DNA of 58,070 nt from Dimargaris cristalligena (GCA_003614675.1 ML002250.1:1-58070), one strand, 5' to 3'. Positions 25,901 to 46,481 are shown, numbered from the stretch's first letter. The notes: generated from the sequence alone by a model not told the origin. Made by a program: numbers and translations.

Positions 25901-28630
25901 ATCAGTAGTTTATAACATAGTGGTTGGTAAGCACGGCTCCTTGTCAAACTACCTAATCCATATACCACCACCCAGCTAGTAAGTCGGTCGTAAAGGCACC
26001 CTGCAGTTTAATATAGTCCAAAGTGCAAGTTCCAGGCAGTTTCCATATACGGATTATATCCGCTTATTAATAGAGCACGTGTCCATATAGGACCGGGAGA
26101 CCTTACCTATAGGCAACTAAGCGAACCTGCTGTCACCCTATGAGCCCTGGGGGAGATCTGGAAAAAACAATGCATAGGTGTTTACCGTATTGACGCAAGG
26201 TGTATGATGGATAATAGGGATGCTCTAGAAACAATAGATTAAGGGACGCTAGTATTGCCTATTTCTAGCCCTGGCTCGGTGCTAGTCACGGAATTAGCTA
26301 TCTATTATGCCTTAAAATTATATTCTAAGCTAGAAAGAAAGTGAATCTTCAATTGACACACATGTAATCTCCCTACCAAGGCCTTTATTATAGCGCAGTA
26401 TCAAATCCCTAATAAAGACGTGAAGCCCATCTATGTGTTAATTGCACTAGTTTGTGGTGAAGACCTTTTACCTTGGACTATGGTGGGATTGGCTCCAACC
26501 AAGAACCTTGGCCACTTCAAAAAAAGGTTAAAGACGAACAAAGTCATTTCGGTACTTCGGGATTAAATGGACTAGCGTTCTTTGAAAGGGGTGATTACGA
26601 ATCGCTAACGTGCATTCACGAATATATTTACCCTTTTGAGCTTTCCCTTTAAAAATGGACCATAAGCCGGCATTGACGTGCACCAGGTAGAGTGTTGTGG
26701 TACTACAGATCCTTTAAACAATACAAATGTGTGTATTATTGCACTCTTGCATCCCGATGGGCCTTAGTGTGAACCTGGCCATTTCGTTTATGACATCCCA
26801 GTGAACGGATATAAAATTGACGCAGCAAGCTTTCCCAGATTCATATTTGGTCTAGGCCTCAAAATGGCATTTTAAGTTCTATAAAATGCCCCAACATTCG
26901 AGGGGGCTATTAGGTGGATCCTTTTGGTAACCTCCACACCAGGTGTTGACAATGGTGGGGCACTGTGTCGACTCAGAAGGGTGAATGGTGGATTAAGGGG
27001 GTGAGCCTACGCCGCCTCCCCATTACCCCCGATATAAATCGCGTATATCCCTCCTTCCAACCTAATGCCCCATTTCTAAATGTTGTTCTGGATCCTTTGG
27101 AATATTTGGTATATTAAACACATTAGACCTTGGTACCCTTGTAATGTCCGCTCTTTGCAACTCCAGCGGTGGGGTATATTCCATGTCCCATTGTTTCCTG
27201 TTTAGAAGGGAAAAAGGAATTTATATTCCATAATACTACTAATGCACCGTTTGGTCCATTTTAGTTTAAACGAAAAAACCAGTCTAACGAAATGAGATGG
27301 TGCTGATGGGTTAGTTTTGTTATCCATGGGAACGGCGGAACAGGGACTTAGAACACCCCTTTAAAATCGCTGCGAGCACTTTGCTAACGTGATTCATGGC
27401 CAGCCGCGGTTTTATTTAATAGTGGGCCTCCTACTTCAGCAACTTCCGGAAAGCTTTTAATGGTGGTGGTGCTGGGAAATGTCCTTTCCTGGTAGTTCCG
27501 CTGACGGCCCATGTACCCACTGGGATTCGTTAGCCAACCCCCAAGTGCTTTCCCACGAACTTAAGGGCTATCCGCACCTTATCCTAGCGAGCCACAGAAC
27601 CTGGAAGGCATGTCTTATGTTCATATTAAGCTATTCTGGGGGTACAATACGCGTTTCTCAACAGTATACACCTTCTAATATTGACCCGAGGCACTAGGTA
27701 AATTCATAAAAATAACACGTATGGCTTGTTAATCGCAGTTGCCTTAGAGAGTAATATTTATGAATATTCTGTTGAGTTTAGTACTGTTTCTTCTCAGGAG
27801 TTAGAACTGTTAGCGAGGGAAAAATTAGTGTCTGTTGTAGTGTGGTATGCGAGCCGGAAGGCATCGTTTTTTTGATGTCCCTGGTTAGTGGCAACGATTA
27901 CCCAAACCACCTGATCACTTGACAACTCTTCCGTGAGGCCCAAAATCCTCACTGTAAGAGTAAAAAGTCGAAAGGTATCAATTATTTCATGTATATTTCT
28001 GGAAAGAAGCTAGCCCTTATCATACGATTGGTGTCCACACAACCTCCCAGGTAGCGAGACTTCAGTGCCACTGGCCGCGCAATAGCTACTAGTAAATCCA
28101 TATATCGCCAGTTGCCATGTCCTCTACTTTGCAACCCTGACTAATCTATGGGCCCCAAAGATAAAAGCACGCACATTTAATCGAGCAGTGAAAGTGCAAT
28201 CAGTCATATAGGTCATTATCATTTATGGAGCACACACAAACCGGGCAGGCCTTTAGTCTAATAGGCTTCCCCACAAATATTAGGTATATATCATCTTTCC
28301 AGACCCACCCTGTGCTAATCTTAGCCGGCTTTGGAACTCGATAGCTTATGAAATCAATCAGATATTTACCAATAATAATAAAAAGAGAAGGAAATGAGAG
28401 GAAAGGAGTAAGCGGAAAGGTCATATGGACATTTCATTGGCACTCTGCCCAAAAACATAAGGGGAAATCGGAGGTGCACCCCATATGGAAGACTTTTTCA
28501 GCCCGTTGGAGGCACTGGGGACCACAGTTCCAACCGTCTTTGTTCATTTTGCCGCCATTCTCCCACCCAACCCAACAAATCAGCCTGCTAATATTTGTTC
28601 GCAGTTTCATTTAATGTATAGCATTAATTC

Positions 28631-28774
28631 ATATGGGAGAAGTTCATTCAGGCTGTATAATGAAAAATCCATTGGATGAGGCCAGTATTACTGGTTAAAA
28701 GCTATTCTCACATATATTCACCCATACACGTATATTGTAAAACCTTATACAGCTGGTTTGAATTTCATCCATAT
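28631..28774 (+). mobile_element. MITE family copy 5 (144 bp)
   Basis: Terminal inverted repeats ATATGGGAGAAGTTCATTCAGGCTGTATAA and TTATACAGCTGGTTTGAATTTCATCCATAT; AT-rich, with no coding capacity. Confidence 0.88.
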
Positions 28775-31700
28775 ATTATTATATTATTAGCACGGATGTT
28801 TGGTGGGTATTCATGAACTGGGTATTGTCAATCATTTATTAATTAGGGCAATTTTCTTGGAATGGGGTCCTCAAAGTACCAGTAGCTAGGGAATAGATTG
28901 TTCATCAAGCTCTATTTATCCCGCCAATGTAGGCCAGCCGGTATCTTGATTGGTCTGCTTATGATTTGTTTCTTTTTAGTAATGGCGACTACGGTTAGGT
29001 AGAGGCACCGCAGAGGCTGACTGGGCGTTTACGAAGGGGGGCCTTAGTAGTTGGAAGACTAATGGCGTGGGTGTACTGGGTTCACTGGCCGGGGAGTTCT
29101 AAATTAAACCAAAAATGAATAAGCGGATGCTATCCGTATCGATCGACACTGCAGTGAATAGCACCTGTCTTCCGGGCAAATGTGTATCTGGGTAGCACAG
29201 ACGTCTGCCTCATGCTCAATATAGGCCTCTATTTTACTATGCATGTGATTTAACCACCACCCAGCTATTTAGAACTCGACTGGTAAGCTTGTTGTTAAGT
29301 TGACCAATGAAGGAGGACATGCCTTTACCAGTTAAGCCATAAAGTACCTCATTTAAACGCATGTATCAACAACCCACACGACTAGATTAACCAAAAAATT
29401 AATAATACAGAAGCGCTGAACCTGCGTGTGGAGCCCTATATGTAATCCACTCCCTGGTATTCTCGGCAGATAGGAATAACCTACTAATGATTGATCGTAA
29501 ACTCCGCTCATTATCCCCAACTCCTTCCCACTAACCTCATCCCCAATGTTCCCTGCTTTTCCAGGCACTTGTCCCCCGAGTGACCGTAATTTAGCCCTTT
29601 TGGGTAGAGAAAAGGGTTAAGGGGATGAGAATAAATGAACAGGCCAAACTCCCCTCGCTAACCTGTCCCTTCAAGTGGGGAGCTTTAGGGAAAATACAGC
29701 AAGGTGACACGTGACTAAACCCCGGGTAGCGTGTCCCTCATATAGGTTAGGGATAATTACTTTGGATTCCCTTCATTTTTTTTCCACTTAAATTGGCGAC
29801 CAACGCGCCCAGCCCCAACCCTAAAATCAACTAATATAGCGGAATCCGGCCATCCCAATTGATCAACTATCAGTTGGCCCAGACCATGAGAAATCACAAC
29901 CACCAAGCCAATTTGGCTAAGTAACCCATGATCCAGTTATTATACCACTGTGTCGATCTCATGAACGGGCCTCGCTCGGGCCTTTTATTTTTTTAAGGTA
30001 TGGACCATACATGGCCTGGACCGTCTGCATTACTTTGGAAAGGAAAAATTGTTAGGGAAATCCAACTGATGATTCTACTCTATTCACGGGCTCCTTTTCC
30101 ACGCTTAGGTTTAAACATGGGCTTGTTACAGGTCTATCAATTATCTTTTTTGGAGTTCCACAATAATTAGGTCGCGTCCAATATTCCCATAGTTATTCCT
30201 GGCGTTCCCTCTATTGGCCCACCGCATTCCCTTAAAGTCGCGATTTTTAGGTCACAGGGTTATCGTCGTAATGAGCCATATTGCACAATAGTCAACCATG
30301 GGATGGATTCCGGGGGATGGGGTAGATCCACTGGACTGGTTCTGACAAGTACCTTCTTTCGCTTCGGAATCAACGAACCAAAGCAGCTCCGTTTGAACCA
30401 CCCCTAAACTAATGGTCAATTCGGCATATATGATTACCATTATTGTTTTTTTAGAAGGAATGTCCCCGTTAATTCTGAAACAAGGGCAGTAGAAGGAAAT
30501 AAAGGCGCGGAGTCGCCTGTTTTCTGTCCCACCCGGACCCATGCAGTGCCCCCCCCCCCGCATCAGGCTAAATAGCGTTCACTTTTGACAGGTCTTTGTT
30601 AACTGGCCTGATAATGAACCAACGGGTGCAAACAAACCGCCCCAATTGAGAAGCCACAAGGTGGGTGGCCATAAACTAACCACCAAATAGTTCTCGACAA
30701 TTATCCATAATCCGCCTACAAACATTGCGTCTATATACCAAAAACATCCCCACATTCAGTCGTCGTAACTCGGTTGCTTTTATTTTGTGAAGCTCAGAAA
30801 ACCGGCCTGTCAAATGCAATCGACAAGCCGTTGGTGGCGGTAGAATAATGGCATCACCGGGTACTAATATAACACAGATCACCCCTGTGTTTCAGAATGT
30901 TGAGATACCAAATGCGACGTCGTTGCCAGGTCAGGGTCTGCACAGACGGCCAAAATATTACCAGGCCTATGATTTTCCCCTGGACTATTATCGTGATAGT
31001 ATTGCCTATAGTAAGACATCCGACACTACACCCCTTGTCAGATGAGGGGCCCCGTGGCTTTACGGTAACAAAATTCACAGTCTAAACCATTGGAGATTCT
31101 AAGGCGCGAATAAATGGGTTACTGTACTCCCCCGTAGAAATGGGTGAAGGAGGGGGCAGTTTGAGTAGCCATCGCAATTAAAATGCCGAATATACCATTG
31201 TATTTTCGCCCAGTGGGATGAACCGATTCAAACAATGCGTGGATGACGGGGGATAGAGGTGGGTGGGCCCAACTTCGGCCGGATTGGAGTGGCGAAGTGA
31301 TCCCACTCTAGTGGCCCGTAAACAAGAATAGGAAAAATGGTGTTTAATTAATTATACCAGATTGGTAAGCCCTTCGTCGGGTCAGGAATCGTGAAGCTTG
31401 TCAGTCTGCTTTTGGGGGGTTGGTGACTTATCAGGGCTCTACCACCTAATCAGGCGAAATGACGTGTGGTTCCACTACGACGCGGGTAGAAGTGTATCAG
31501 TCCGGCCCCCCATTTAATTATTTTTGTGCAAGGGGATTCAATGAACCGCTCTTTTTTAGGCGGAGTCCCCAGTGATCAAAATTAAACCCCACCACCATGG
31601 GCGAGATGGTAGACCAGACAATAAGCAACCACGAAATACGTAATACAAGTTAAGTTAAAGGATGTAGAATCAGTCTGGCCATCAGGGAGCTTCGTGACCC

Positions 31701-33475
31701 CTTGTTGCGGTTCGTGACAACAATATTAATGGTAAGACAATGGGCCACAGGGATAAATGGGCAATGTATACTTTTATTCCATTCACCTACATATAGTTTT
31801 TTTTTAGTTCTTTCTTTCTAACTGAAATATTACTTTCCTCAGAAGGTTAAGTCGACTTCGCCGTGAAGTTCATTATGGATTGTTAATCAGCCCATTGTCT
31901 TTTTTCCAGCCATGTAGCGCCATTCCCTGCTGCATTAGGTCGGGAAAGTGCGAGCGGAGTTGCGGCAAATTCATTCGGATTTGCTTCAGTGCAATATACC
32001 CCCTGTCCGTCCGCGAGGGTAAAAAAATCCCCCTTAAAACACAGAGCGACGAGAGCTTCGGTTTGCTGGTCTGATAAATTCCCAGTGCCAGGGCTTGTAT
32101 AGTATTGCATCACCATCCACTCTATTCTAATAAACCCCCCTCGCCCTCTCTCTTTCCATCCCTTTCCGCTTCATCATTATATTTCATTAAAGTAACCAAA
32201 CCAATTGCACTGGCTACTTGGTCACACTTTAGTAGCTACTAAAGGTAACATGCCCCCGGAATCCTCCCGCCTCCACCTAGTGAGCACAGTTAATTTGTAC
32301 GTTTTAGGCGCAGGCTGATAAACACTCCCACAAGCCTCCCAAGGACTTTGGTAAAATTCTCAGGTTTATCGCCTATTTTACAAAGGGTGGATGCCATAGG
32401 TTGCACTATCCTTCCATTACCCGGTCCTAAACTAAACCCTTCATAGCCAACCCTAGCCGGTTCTCTATATTTAATTTTGGCATGGTGGTCCCCATTTATT
32501 TTAATAAAGGTTCCCGAGCCGACGGGGCTAGTACTAATTACCCTTTAACCAGCGGCCGGGGTGAAGCCATATTAATAATAATTAATAATAAAAAGGAAAT
32601 CCTTAACGCAAACTTCAGCCCAGGTGGCTGGTGGTGGAAAAGCAATGGCCGGCTGCATTCCCAGTGGATTGATAAAATAGTCCAAATTTACCCCTGGCCG
32701 AATTCCCACTGCTCCACATAGAATTTCCCTGGTCTTTCCGCGTCTTTTCAAGAAAAGGGGTTGCAACTCTCCAGTTCCGCCCAAACAGCTACGGTGGATT
32801 ATTATTGTCGGAGTTATGGGGGCATTGTGACTAAAACAATGGTAGTTAATTATGAAGAAACTGGGGGATCGGTCATAAAATAGTAGCCTAGGGGGGGACT
32901 GACACCTGTAGCGCAATGCTGCAATTTGCAGAACCGAAGCTAAGCAGAGGAAATGATAACAGCTACCCTTTGCGGATATCTCCAACAGATGAGCGTGGTG
33001 ACTAGATAGTATCCATGTACGGCTCAGGCGTGACGAACCCACGTTCCCAACGGTGTAGGTCAGGCGGGAAAAGGGTCGTCCAAAAACGATACTGTGCGTG
33101 CGCGTGTGTGTGTGTGTGGGTGAGTGAGTGTCTGTAAGTGTAAGCGACCAAGATGAGGCCGTCAACCAGGGTACGAAAGCGAAGAGCCCTCCCCGATCTA
33201 GAAAGGAGAATGGGGTGTCCTAAAGATGGTGCCGATAGTCGGCTGACTATGAGGTAGGGTGGGAGGGGCAGGCCAAGCGAACAGGTTGAGCATCTATCTT
33301 GGACCTTTTAGCCGTACACTATGAGAACCAAAAGCCACTGTCATTCTGCATCAATGTACATTGGTATTAGGAATAAGTTTTAGACTCATTGTAGTCATGG
33401 GATGTGTCAGCATCGCCGAATGAACATGTACGTATTTTATGGCTGGTAATGACAAAACACAATCCAGGCCCCCTG

Positions 33476-33478
<3 letters not shown>

Positions 33479-33508
<30 letters not shown>
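33479..33508. repeat. (TA)n microsatellite
   Basis: About 15 TA units. Shorter (TA)n runs near 23963, 33828, 38816, 44425 and 54819; a (TG)n run near 33104. Confidence 0.95.
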
Positions 33509-33511
<3 letters not shown>

Positions 33512-34585
33512 GTAGGTATAATCCGGGTAGTGAACAAATACCACATCGATATCTCAACATTGCGGTAGATCCCTTTACATTCGATTATTTATCAATGAAG
33601 CTCACCAGCTGAAACATGGGGAGAATTGCACTACTAATAGGGATATTTGTTATGGTTGTACCGAAACACTTGCTACCTTCCAACAGTATATACAGTCTAC
33701 GCGAAATTCAGGAATTTGTTGCGATGGACCCTGGTGTTGGTTCACTCAATAAACTAACGATCCCATCACCACTAAGGTTGGACCTAGTCGCAATGCTCAT
33801 CACGTAATCACACCCTAGTGGCTGTGGATATATATATATATATATATATTTGGTCTAATGAATAATAAAAGGGACGATAGACCCCGAATTTCATCTTCCA
33901 CCGGATAGGAATCGTACCCAGGAATAGACCCCGGTTGCTAATTTTTCCAGCGATCAATAAAACGGGGGAGGGATAAGATAGGGTAACTATTGTTCGACCC
34001 TCAGCGCTCAAGGATTCTCTGTCCGGAGGCCTCACCTCGAGAAGACCACTGCCCTTTGCCTGCATTATTTATTCCCGTGGGTTTTCCGGTCCATTAATTG
34101 GGAGGACTCATCATATTTCTCCCTATTATACATCTAGTTCGTATCCCTCCCTCTCCCCTACCCCTCTTCCACAAAAATCCATCAGCACAACCACTAGCCT
34201 CTCCCCTTTTTTCTTTAAGAACTGCCAACTCCAATACTAATATTGGGGGAGGGGGCGGGTATCGGAAATAGCTATGAACAGAATAGCGTACCACCCATGT
34301 ATAGCCTACACATCCGTGCATCATTATTTATACCGTAATTTATATAGAAAATAGATAGGCCGGCATCTAAAAATATCGAATAAATCTACCACCGGTATAA
34401 CCGTCTAGTAAGCCGTTTTAACGTACGGTCGAAATACAATGGCGCGCTGACCACCCAACAGACCCGCACGATTCATTCATCGGTGCACGGGAGATCGTCA
34501 CCTCCCCCCCCTCTCTCTTCCATACAGCCCTCGCCAATAAAAGAAAACCTTAGCCGCGCACCAGCGAGAGTCACATTGGTGCAGT

Positions 34586-40490
<5,905 letters not shown>

Positions 40491-40989
40491 GGTGTGGTTT
40501 ATCCAGGCTATCGGGGAGCACCTGGGAGGCGAGATGGAGTATAAGGATACAAATGCTAGAAGACTGGGCTCTGGGAGGTAGCCGATGGATGGAATAGAAT
40601 TGTCAAAATCGCCCTGGAAAAGTAAATGGAAACGAGAACAACGTACAAACCAGAATTGTACCAATGGCACCCTTGAAAGGAACTTGAAGTCGATACAGAA
40701 AGTTCAAAGGCAATTTGGGCGTTGTTCAGGCCGATTCATACCTCCAACCCTCTGTTAATTTTAACCCTATTCAGGGCCCGATTGTTAAACCAACTAGTTG
40801 GCATATTTGCTTTTTAATGGAACGACCCTGTATAGTCGACTTTATTATAACCTGCTTGTGTACCCTTTTATATTAGAATCCCACATACCCCGTCGGGACC
40901 GTCCCTTCTTGGCTGCTACATTCGATAGCTGGTTGATTTTGCTCATTTCCGCCTAGTTCGCAAAGTCACCTTTCCGCTAAGAACTACCC

Positions 40990-42442
40990 ATGGCTTCCGA
41001 AGGGGAGGGAACCTCGGTCCATTTACTGGACTATTTGCTCTACGAGTGCACGACGATCTACACCCAGACCTGCCGGAACCAGGATTCTGCCCTAGCTGCC
41101 GACCAGGCGAATTACTCTCGGCTGGTCGCTGCTGGGGCCGGGCCAGCGGTTCGGCTCCAAGTTTGCCAACGCCTGAATTTCCTCATCCAGGACCTGTCGA
41201 CTCAACTGAAAGCCCTACCCACTTTCAAACCAACCCCGACCTTCCGGCTACGGCTGTTGCTATGCCGGTTGGCCAACCAGTTACTCGGCTACTTTTATAG
41301 CTTCGAGTCCCAGCCCGGCTCACTCGCCACGGCACTCAGTCGGTTTACCCTGGGCCATATCCCCGGCTACCTCCTACCGGACCACTTTTTGAACCGGGCC
41401 CTTACCAACCATCCCGCCGGTGCACCGCCGACCCGGCCCTATCTTCGAACGGCCTTTACTTCGTTTCTAGTCGTGTCCGAGTTGGCCTGTAACATTGCTA
41501 AATTGAACCCCGACTGTGTTCAACCCATGAATCCCATTGACTCATTTTGGTACCAGGCCTTTTTAGACTTCCAAACGCAGCTTGCTATTGACGCAGCCAT
41601 GCTCGGGAATGAATCTCCTGTACAATGTATCAAAAGTGCCTTCACCATGGAGGTCGAAAAACACATATGCCTATGGACCCCGTCAGACACCTACCATGAC
41701 TACCTAAACGCAAGGGAAACCCGACTAGCAAGGGTAAGATATCAGTCATTCCCCCTATCAAACTCATTCGCGCGCGAATGTATCCTTGTGACTAATTGAG
41801 TGATAGGTACCAATCCATACTATCCTTGTTAAGCTCGACTAATTGTTCCTCTATATCCCAAGGTGGATTGACTTAACAACGTATATTTGATGGAGCGGCG
41901 GATTCTCTGATGGTTGACCGCGCTAGAGCTTTGTTTCATATATATAGTGAATCCCTTGACTAATATATATATTGCCGTATAATTTTTACATCCAGCTTTC
42001 GCCTCTTTTAAAAAACCCGGGGCAGGCCCTATCGGAAATCGCAGCGCGGTTCCCATTTGTGGAATTTTTACAAAAAATGGTTATATTCATTGACATGGTT
42101 TCCGAGTCTTTAGATAAGACACTGTTTGTATTGGTAGGTGGATTATTTAACCAGCCAACCAGGGGTCTTCGTTTAAAGGCATATTTCCCTTTTATTGTAT
42201 ACCCTTGCCATTTAGCACCACAGTACAGATACTGTAAAGGCGGCGATCCCAGCCAATGGTTGTTTAATTTTTAACGCATATATGCCACTACTATTGACAT
42301 TCTTATGGTCACCCAACCCAATTCATAGCTGGACCAATCCGGCAACGAGGACGAGGGCGAGGCGAGTATAATCGACCGGTTGTTTACCCCTCTAGAGGCC
42401 CAGATCGTGCAGAAGTACTACCAGTCGAATACTATGGATTAA
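40990..42442 (+). CDS. Hypothetical protein, ~331 aa, 3 exons, divergent from U2SURP
   Basis: Exons 40990-41733, 41996-42133, 42329-42442 with phase-0 GT-AG introns. Long open first exon, Leu-rich and probably helical. No domain recognised. Confidence 0.75.
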
Positions 42443-44701
42443 ATTGACACAATAGATCCGGTTATATTGCAATTAAAGGACTGCCTCTATGGATGACCTT
42501 TTCCAACGAGAAACCCGGATGCTCTTTATGAAATGGTTTTTTAATGTGGAAAACGATGGCTGACGCGTCACCGGATACAGTTTACATTGAGGGGACCTGA
42601 TAAATAGATTGGTTTGGTGCGAGCCAGGAGTCGTCTATTGGATAAATGACCCTTCCCGCGTTCTACAGCATCGTCGTATACCTGCCTCCATCCCGGCTGG
42701 AAAGGCGAGAAATAGCGGACTCCAACACTCCGATTGGATAAATGGCAGGCTGTGTGAGTAGTTCGTTGACTGGTGGATTTTTTCTATACCAGTGCGGTAC
42801 CAACCGCCCATGTAGGGTAGTGGATGATATCTCACTGACGGAAACCATCTCCCTTCACTCGGATCAGATAACTAGGTGTAAATAGATTAGTGGGCTTTAT
42901 AGAGGGAGTCAGTCAAATTCCAAAATAAGGTACACCCCCGTCACCCGATTGGCACAACGTGTGTATGACCTACGGTGATTAATATAACCAGGTGTGTGAG
43001 GCCTCCGTGTTTGACCACAGCCCAGTCCCCTGAAAAGGGGTATAGGATGGCAAAGACTGCGGATAGGGGAGGGGATGGTGGTCACTCCAGGGTGGGTGGT
43101 TTATCTGATGGGCCCCCGTTTAGCCCATTAATTAAAACTAATGAACTAATCCGACCGGTACAACCGATTTAAGAACCCGTCGCAGTTTAGCCGGGTTCAC
43201 GGCCAGTCGACCGAACACTATTTCATGCTGGATTTAACCTGCAGGTTGCATGAAACAGAGGCTCGCTGGAGGATAGAGCGCTCAGTTTGACACAATTTTA
43301 CTCTGTTTATTATTAGAAGGGACCCGTTCTACCGCACCAGCTCTCCCTGTGACTGCCCTTTGGGTCTTTTTTTTTGGGGGGGGGGGGGGAGGAAGTCTGT
43401 ACCCCTACCTCCTTCGGCTTGACGTCAAGTCGGAATATCATCCCACCTTTCCGCGTTGATTCCCCGCATGTGAGCAGGTGGATAGACATGGCGCGTGGAT
43501 GAGCCTTTGGAACCCCTAACCCTGTAGATTAGCCTAAATTCACCTCTTGTCTAGGTCGTTGGAGTGCTTTGGACCAATAGACTTACCAAATGTCCTGTAG
43601 CCTATATATCCTGCCACATTGATTTATTTATTTACCGCACCCAGAGTCGGAAGGCAGAGGAACAGCAGACTACCAGAGCCGCGGGTTGATGCGATTGTCT
43701 GATTGTACTCTCCGCATGAGTCAGCGTTAAAGTAAGCGAAAAGGAATCAGAGAAATCGGGTGGTATCGGCCGGAGTCGGCTTACTGGCAGGGTTAATAAT
43801 ATTATTCAGCTAGGCTACACCAATCAGTGGGGGGATGGGTTCGTTCCCCCCTTGCAATGCGGGGCTAAATTGACTGGCTGTAAATTTCCCATCATTCTTT
43901 TGGATTTGATTTGGAATAGACCAGCGTTAGAGCTATTGAAGGGTGACGGCGTTGGTTATATGCACACCGCTTCCACCTTTCAATCTATGCGTGCATAGAG
44001 AGGCTGAAGGCAAACCCCTCACCCTCGCATATATAAGTCTCGGTGTACCCGCCCCACTTTCGCACTGCATTGTTATTTTTAACTATTAGTTAGTTTTCCA
44101 TCCGCCATCGTCGTGACTCACACACCCACTGCCTGTCGGTTTATCTGATTGCCCAAACCCTCAATACACTTGGGCCTCTTTCTCCCACCTGTCTGATTGG
44201 TAATTAAAGCCTGTCTTTCCTGACTGGGTGTGGCGGACAAACCACACAACCATTAGTTGTGTCATTTCTTCCCTTTCCCGCGCTTTAAACTCTTAGCGCG
44301 CTTTTTATTGGCGTGACTGGGTTACTCCCCTTTTCGTCGCGAGACCATAACCATAGGTTCTTTTTCGCCGCCTACTATTATTATTATTCCTCCTTTTCTC
44401 CCACTGGGTCTCTAAAATATACCATATATATATATATATAACCTCAAAGCGACTCCCGGTTTCAGACCTTAGCTTGAGATTCCTTCCTCCTTGCTTTAAA
44501 GCCCCCTACTCGCTTGATTAACAATTTTTCCCGCTCTGTAAATCGTCTTCCCGATTCACAGGGGTTGCAGCTCTCCATATATATTATTTACCTCGCTACT
44601 TATTTAGCCCTCCCTTTCTTTATCTATACACCCAACTCTCGTCCCTTGGCTTATACGTTGTACACCCGCCTCTTTATTTTATTTTCGAGCCTTTGTCCTT
44701 C

Positions 44702-46481
44702 ATGGCCATCTTTAATCCATGGTTGTGCCCTTACGGAGCCTGGCCCCTCCTCCTCCTCGTTGGCGTTACCTCGGCGGTAGTCGTAGCCGTTGAGCACGAA
44801 TGGCCCTGGAAGGCTCTGGCGTATACAACCAATCAGGTAAGGACGATCCCAATCGCGATTAGCAAAGTCTCGACAGCCCTACCCCTTCCGATTCACCGGC
44901 AGAGACATGGAGTCACGATAGTCGTGGTCTCGGGCCTACTTAACCGCTTTCCGCGAATCCTCGCCCGAAGCAGCTTGCGAGCAAGGTTTTCTCTATACCC
45001 CGTCCCATAGAGACAGCCTGGGCCGCTTGTCTGCCTTGTTGGGGGGGGGGCTGACTCAGGGACCGCCCACGGTCCTTTGTTTTCAACCTGGCAAGGGTCC
45101 CAGTTTCTGGGCCAGGCTCTATACCCCCTCCCACTATGAGACCCGTATGACTTACTTCGGCTCCGCCCATTTATCTAACCTAAATTAAGCACATATACCC
45201 TTGCTGATATATACTCCCCTCGCGCACCCACCTTTGGAATCGACCCTGCCTTGCCATCTATTTTAGTGGCGTCAGCGGCGGCCACCGCCTAAGGTTGAGC
45301 AGGGTACCCAAACTCTACCGCCTTCGCCGCCACGGACCCCCAACCTACTTCCTCTGTCACCCGCCATCGACCCCTTTGAAACTATACAGTTCCCCTTGGT
45401 CACTAGCCCAACCACGCCCGTTTCGCCCGAGGTAACCGTTCCGCTGCCTCCTCTACCGGCCATGCGGCGCGTTGAGTCGACCGTACACTCGCCTTCCCCC
45501 CTTCGTTACACCACGTCGTTGCCCGATTTTAGGGACGAGAGCAACTCGTCCCCCACTGAAGTAGGCACTTCCCGTCCCTCTACCCCCACCCCCAGGGGTA
45601 ATTCCACCACCATTTGCCTGGGCGAATGCCTCACCGAGCAGGAGAATCAGGAAGACGCCGCCACCTTATTCGTTTGCACCAAATGCTCCCGCAAGGACAT
45701 GTCCAACGCCTGCACTTCATCGTTCACTTGCCGTCTAGCGGCGCAGGGGGACGACCTGGTCGATATGGAGGACCTGCTCGGAAGCTATAGCGGTCTGGAC
45801 AGTGGTCTCTCTACACCAGGCCCCGGGGGTAAGTCCAAGGGTCCCAAGACCGGCCAGACCCTTTACTACAACCTGGTTAAATTTCAGGATGACCGGTGGA
45901 AGGCGGGTTTGGACATTGACGGCCGCCCCACTGAGCGAACGCGACTGGTCCTTCAATCCCTCGCCGAGGCATCGCCCAGTCTTCGGGCCCATACACCCCC
46001 CACCGAGCTGCCTTTGGTGGAGAAAGACTGGGAGCAGGTTCTATCCCCTCTTGACCAGCCCGGGCCCATCCACTCCGTTACCTGTTCCCGTCCCAAAACA
46101 ACCCTACCGTCTCCGCCCAACTCGGTAATGGGGGATGCCATCCACCGGACTAGCTCCCAAGCCTCGACCGAATCGGCCGTTTCCGCTGCCCCCACCGCTC
46201 CCGTGCCGCGCCGTATTAAAATCATGCCGGTGGACTGCCTTAGTGTATGCGACCGGGCCAATGCGATAGCCCTGTCCGCCCCTGGCAAGTACACCTACCA
46301 ATTCGCTGACTTGGACCACACGGACCCTGAGGCGTTGCACGACATTATGCAGTTCGCCCACGATTACATCCATAGCCAAGACGGATACACGAAATCTAAA
46401 CAGCGCCCCACACGGCTACGGAAGAATGTCACGGCCCGTATCCCTCCTCTGAACATACCTTATCTAAACGCACCACTTTAA
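44702..46481 (+). CDS. Hypothetical Ser/Pro/Thr-rich protein with N-terminal hydrophobic segment, ~449 aa, 2 exons
   Basis: Exon 44702-44836 (MAIFNPW..WPLLLLVGVTSAVVVAVEH, CAG|GTAAGG donor) splices in phase 0 to TTTTAG|45267, which is in frame with ORF 45396-46481. Confidence 0.72.

Noticed and set aside
22950-34585. AACAAT/ATTGTT HMG-binding words as evidence of autoregulation
   Set aside because: I noticed roughly ten, about what chance gives for a 6-mer on both strands of 11.7 kb of AT-rich DNA.
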